A stretch of 63,926 bases of DNA, counting the filler, from Octopus bimaculoides (taxonomy: Eukaryota): the NCBI RefSeq assembly GCF_001194135.2. It is 5 parts of 5 records of this genome, joined end to end, with 100 filler letters (N's around TTAATTAATTAA, not from the genome) between each part and the next. Parts side by side here need not be neighbours in the genome. Positions count along the whole stretch, not along the records: positions 53,521 to 63,926 come from NC_068987.1; 4 more parts are not named here. One strand, 5' to 3'. The notes under the pieces are model-generated. The model saw nothing but the letters and a program-made list of their open reading frames with translations. It was not told the DNA's origin and searched no databases. A program made the position numbers and the translations under genes. Shown here one piece after another: positions 61,823 to 63,926 of the stretch (positions are counted from its first letter, which is position 1; each line of letters begins with the position of its first letter).

Positions 61823-63926
61823 AGCGGGGATATCCAACCATTGGCCTGCATTGTGGCCCACTTAATATTTTCATGTGGCCTACTGGCGATTCAAATTCTA
61901 ATACTATGTGTTATTTTCTAGTTATATTTTCATTTACTTTGATAATGTATGATGAGAAAATTATTCTCAGAGTGTGCTATTTTGAATGTACCAATGAAAA
62001 CCTCAATAGATGGAGGTAAAATGAGGGAGGCCATGGTGTTTAAGATGTAGAATGGCTGACTCTACCTTATAGATTCAGCCATTTTGTTGAAGCATAATTA
62101 ACAGCCATTGTTTCAGTTTCAAATCTTTTGCAGTTGGATCAATACTGATTGTGTTATTTCCTAACCTTGTTTACAATGTCAAGAGATAGTGACTTCAGTG
62201 GTACTTCAGTGTTTCTAGTCTAGGCTAAGCTTAATGCTAATGCTTTATGCAGAAGAGCCTATTTATTCTTCATTTGTTTCTGATTTTTGGAATATTAATA
62301 TCAGCATGATTATGTAATAATTTTAATAGTTAATTCTAATAGCCCATTATTTGGTCATGTCATCTGATACTAAGAAGAAAAGAGAAAATTCAATATCCTA
62401 TGGACAGAAAAATATTGAAACATGCAATAACATTATCTGCCTCATATGTAATGATAAAATTGCAGTATGCAAGGAATATAATATTAAGCATCACTATGCT
62501 GCCAAACATGAGTCACAATATAATGAATTAAATGGAGAAAGAAGGAAAATGAAAATAGATGAACTGACACATGTGTAAGGATTTTCGAGCGAGATCGTTG
62601 CCAGTGCCTCTGGACTGGCTCTTGTGCGGGTGGCACATAAAATACACCATTTTGAACGTGGCCGTTGCCAGTACCGCTTGACTGGCCTTCGTGCAGGTGA
62701 CACGTAAAAGCACTCACTACACTCTCTGAGTGGTTGGCGTTAGGAAGGGCATCCAGCTGTAGAAACTCTGCCAAATCAGATTGGAGCCTGGTGTAGCCAT
62801 CTGGTTTCACCAGTCCTCAGTCAAACTGTCCAACCCATGCTAGCATGGAAAGCGGACATTTATATGATGATGATGATGATGATGAAGAAGCTTAGTTCAC
62901 AACAAAACAATTTCAAAAACATGTTGGGAAAATTGGTACATGTACAAAAGTTAGTTATTTAATAGCTGAAAAATTGAGATGGTAAATTAATAAAAGAATG
63001 TATTGCAATTGATTTTAATGAATATTGTCCCAAGAAAGTGAACTTATTCAATGACACAAGTCTGTTGCATCAGACAACTGATAGAAGAATTGATGACTTA
63101 GTTGACAGTATTGTGGAAACATTGCAGACTCAATTATCTAAATGTGTTCATTACAGTTTAGCATTGGACAAAAATACTGATCAAAGTGACACTGCACAAT
63201 TGGTTATTTTCATCAGAGGAATTGATATCAATTTTTATATCACTGAAGAAATGTTGAACATGTGTCATATGAAGGATACTACAACTGGCAGGGACATAAT
63301 TGAGCATGAAAATTTATCATTAGAAAAGGTTGATGTTGATAGAAATAAAATTAATTTGATTACAACTGATGGTGCTTCAGCATTAACTAGTAAAAATAAT
63401 GGGTTTATCACTTTATGGTTGATCATAATATACTTAGCTATCATTGCTTGATTCATCAACAGCAATTATGTGCTCAAAAATTAAAAATGAAACAATTGAT
63501 AACAGATATTGTGAATGTTGTAAATTTCATCAGATCTCGGGGCTTGAACCATCGTACATTCAAAGCATACTTGGTAGAAGTTGGCAGTGAGTATGAAGAC
63601 GTTATTTATTTCTCAAAAGTCAGATGGCTCAGTCAAGCAGCAACTTTGAATAGATTTCAATTATTGTTGCTTAAAATAAAACAGTTCATGCAAAACAAAA
63701 AGCAAAATGTAGATTTTTTAGCAAATGAAGAATGGTTGAATGATCTGACATTCTTAGTAGATATCACTGAAATGTTAACTGAACTTAATTTGCATTTGCA
63801 AGGAAAAAACTAGTTATGTTGTTCAATGTTTGAGCGAATACTAAGAAATTAGAACTTTTCATAATACAATTGAAGGGTGGAGAAATCGCACATTTTCAAA
63901 ATTTATCTAAAAGAAAAATTTCCTGT
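61823..63926 (+). mobile_element. Decayed hAT DNA transposon, SPIN/Charlie-like (GTF2IRD2/EPM2AIP1-type transposase), runs off the window end
   Basis: BED-finger-like CLIC..IAVCKEYNIKHHYAAKH (62351-62578), then YSLALD..TD.SDTAQLVIFIRGID, TTGRDI, ITTDGA, YHCLIHQQQLC, VNFIRSRGLNHRTF, VRWLS, WLNDLTFLVDIT..L..LNL.LQGK. Frameshifts and stops are present. A decayed hAT-like 5' terminus lies near 61823 (gcggggatatccaacc...ggcc). Confidence 0.88.
62569..62884 (+). mobile_element. RTE LINE 3' UTR fragment inserted in the hAT transposase
   Basis: Young copy with a (GAT)n tail. The transposase frame ...KIDEL / KKLSSQQN... is rejoined when it is removed. Confidence 0.85.

Overview
Eukaryotic, AT-rich, microsatellite-saturated draft genomic sequence with many N gaps. 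The repeat families are the ones I recall from coleoid cephalopods (Octopus-like); this is inferred, not searched. Four artificial TTAATTAATTAA linkers inside 100-nt N blocks split the window into five joined pieces. Almost all ORFs in the supplied track are microsatellite or N artefacts. The one host coding sequence I can support is a 160-nt minus-strand exon of the splicing factor PRPF38A (55788-55947); I did not find its other exons. The rest is mobile DNA: three tRNA-derived SINE families, seven RTE LINE 3' fragments, a decayed HERO-like non-LTR element inside a 40-bp direct repeat, a decayed SPIN/Charlie-like hAT transposase, several MITEs with clear TIRs/TSDs, a gag-like CCHC zinc-knuckle ORF remnant and a decayed 5S rRNA copy. 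The most interesting signals are: (1) a core-intact type I hammerhead ribozyme motif at 30179-30259, just downstream (across a gap) of the gag-like ORF; (2) a second hammerhead-bearing repeat family (24.2 kb and 33.1 kb); (3) a 76-bp inverted, microhomology-flanked templated insertion copied from 3.1 kb away; (4) an apparent CpG-retention/CpG-depletion boundary near 29-30 kb. No CRISPR or prokaryotic features.
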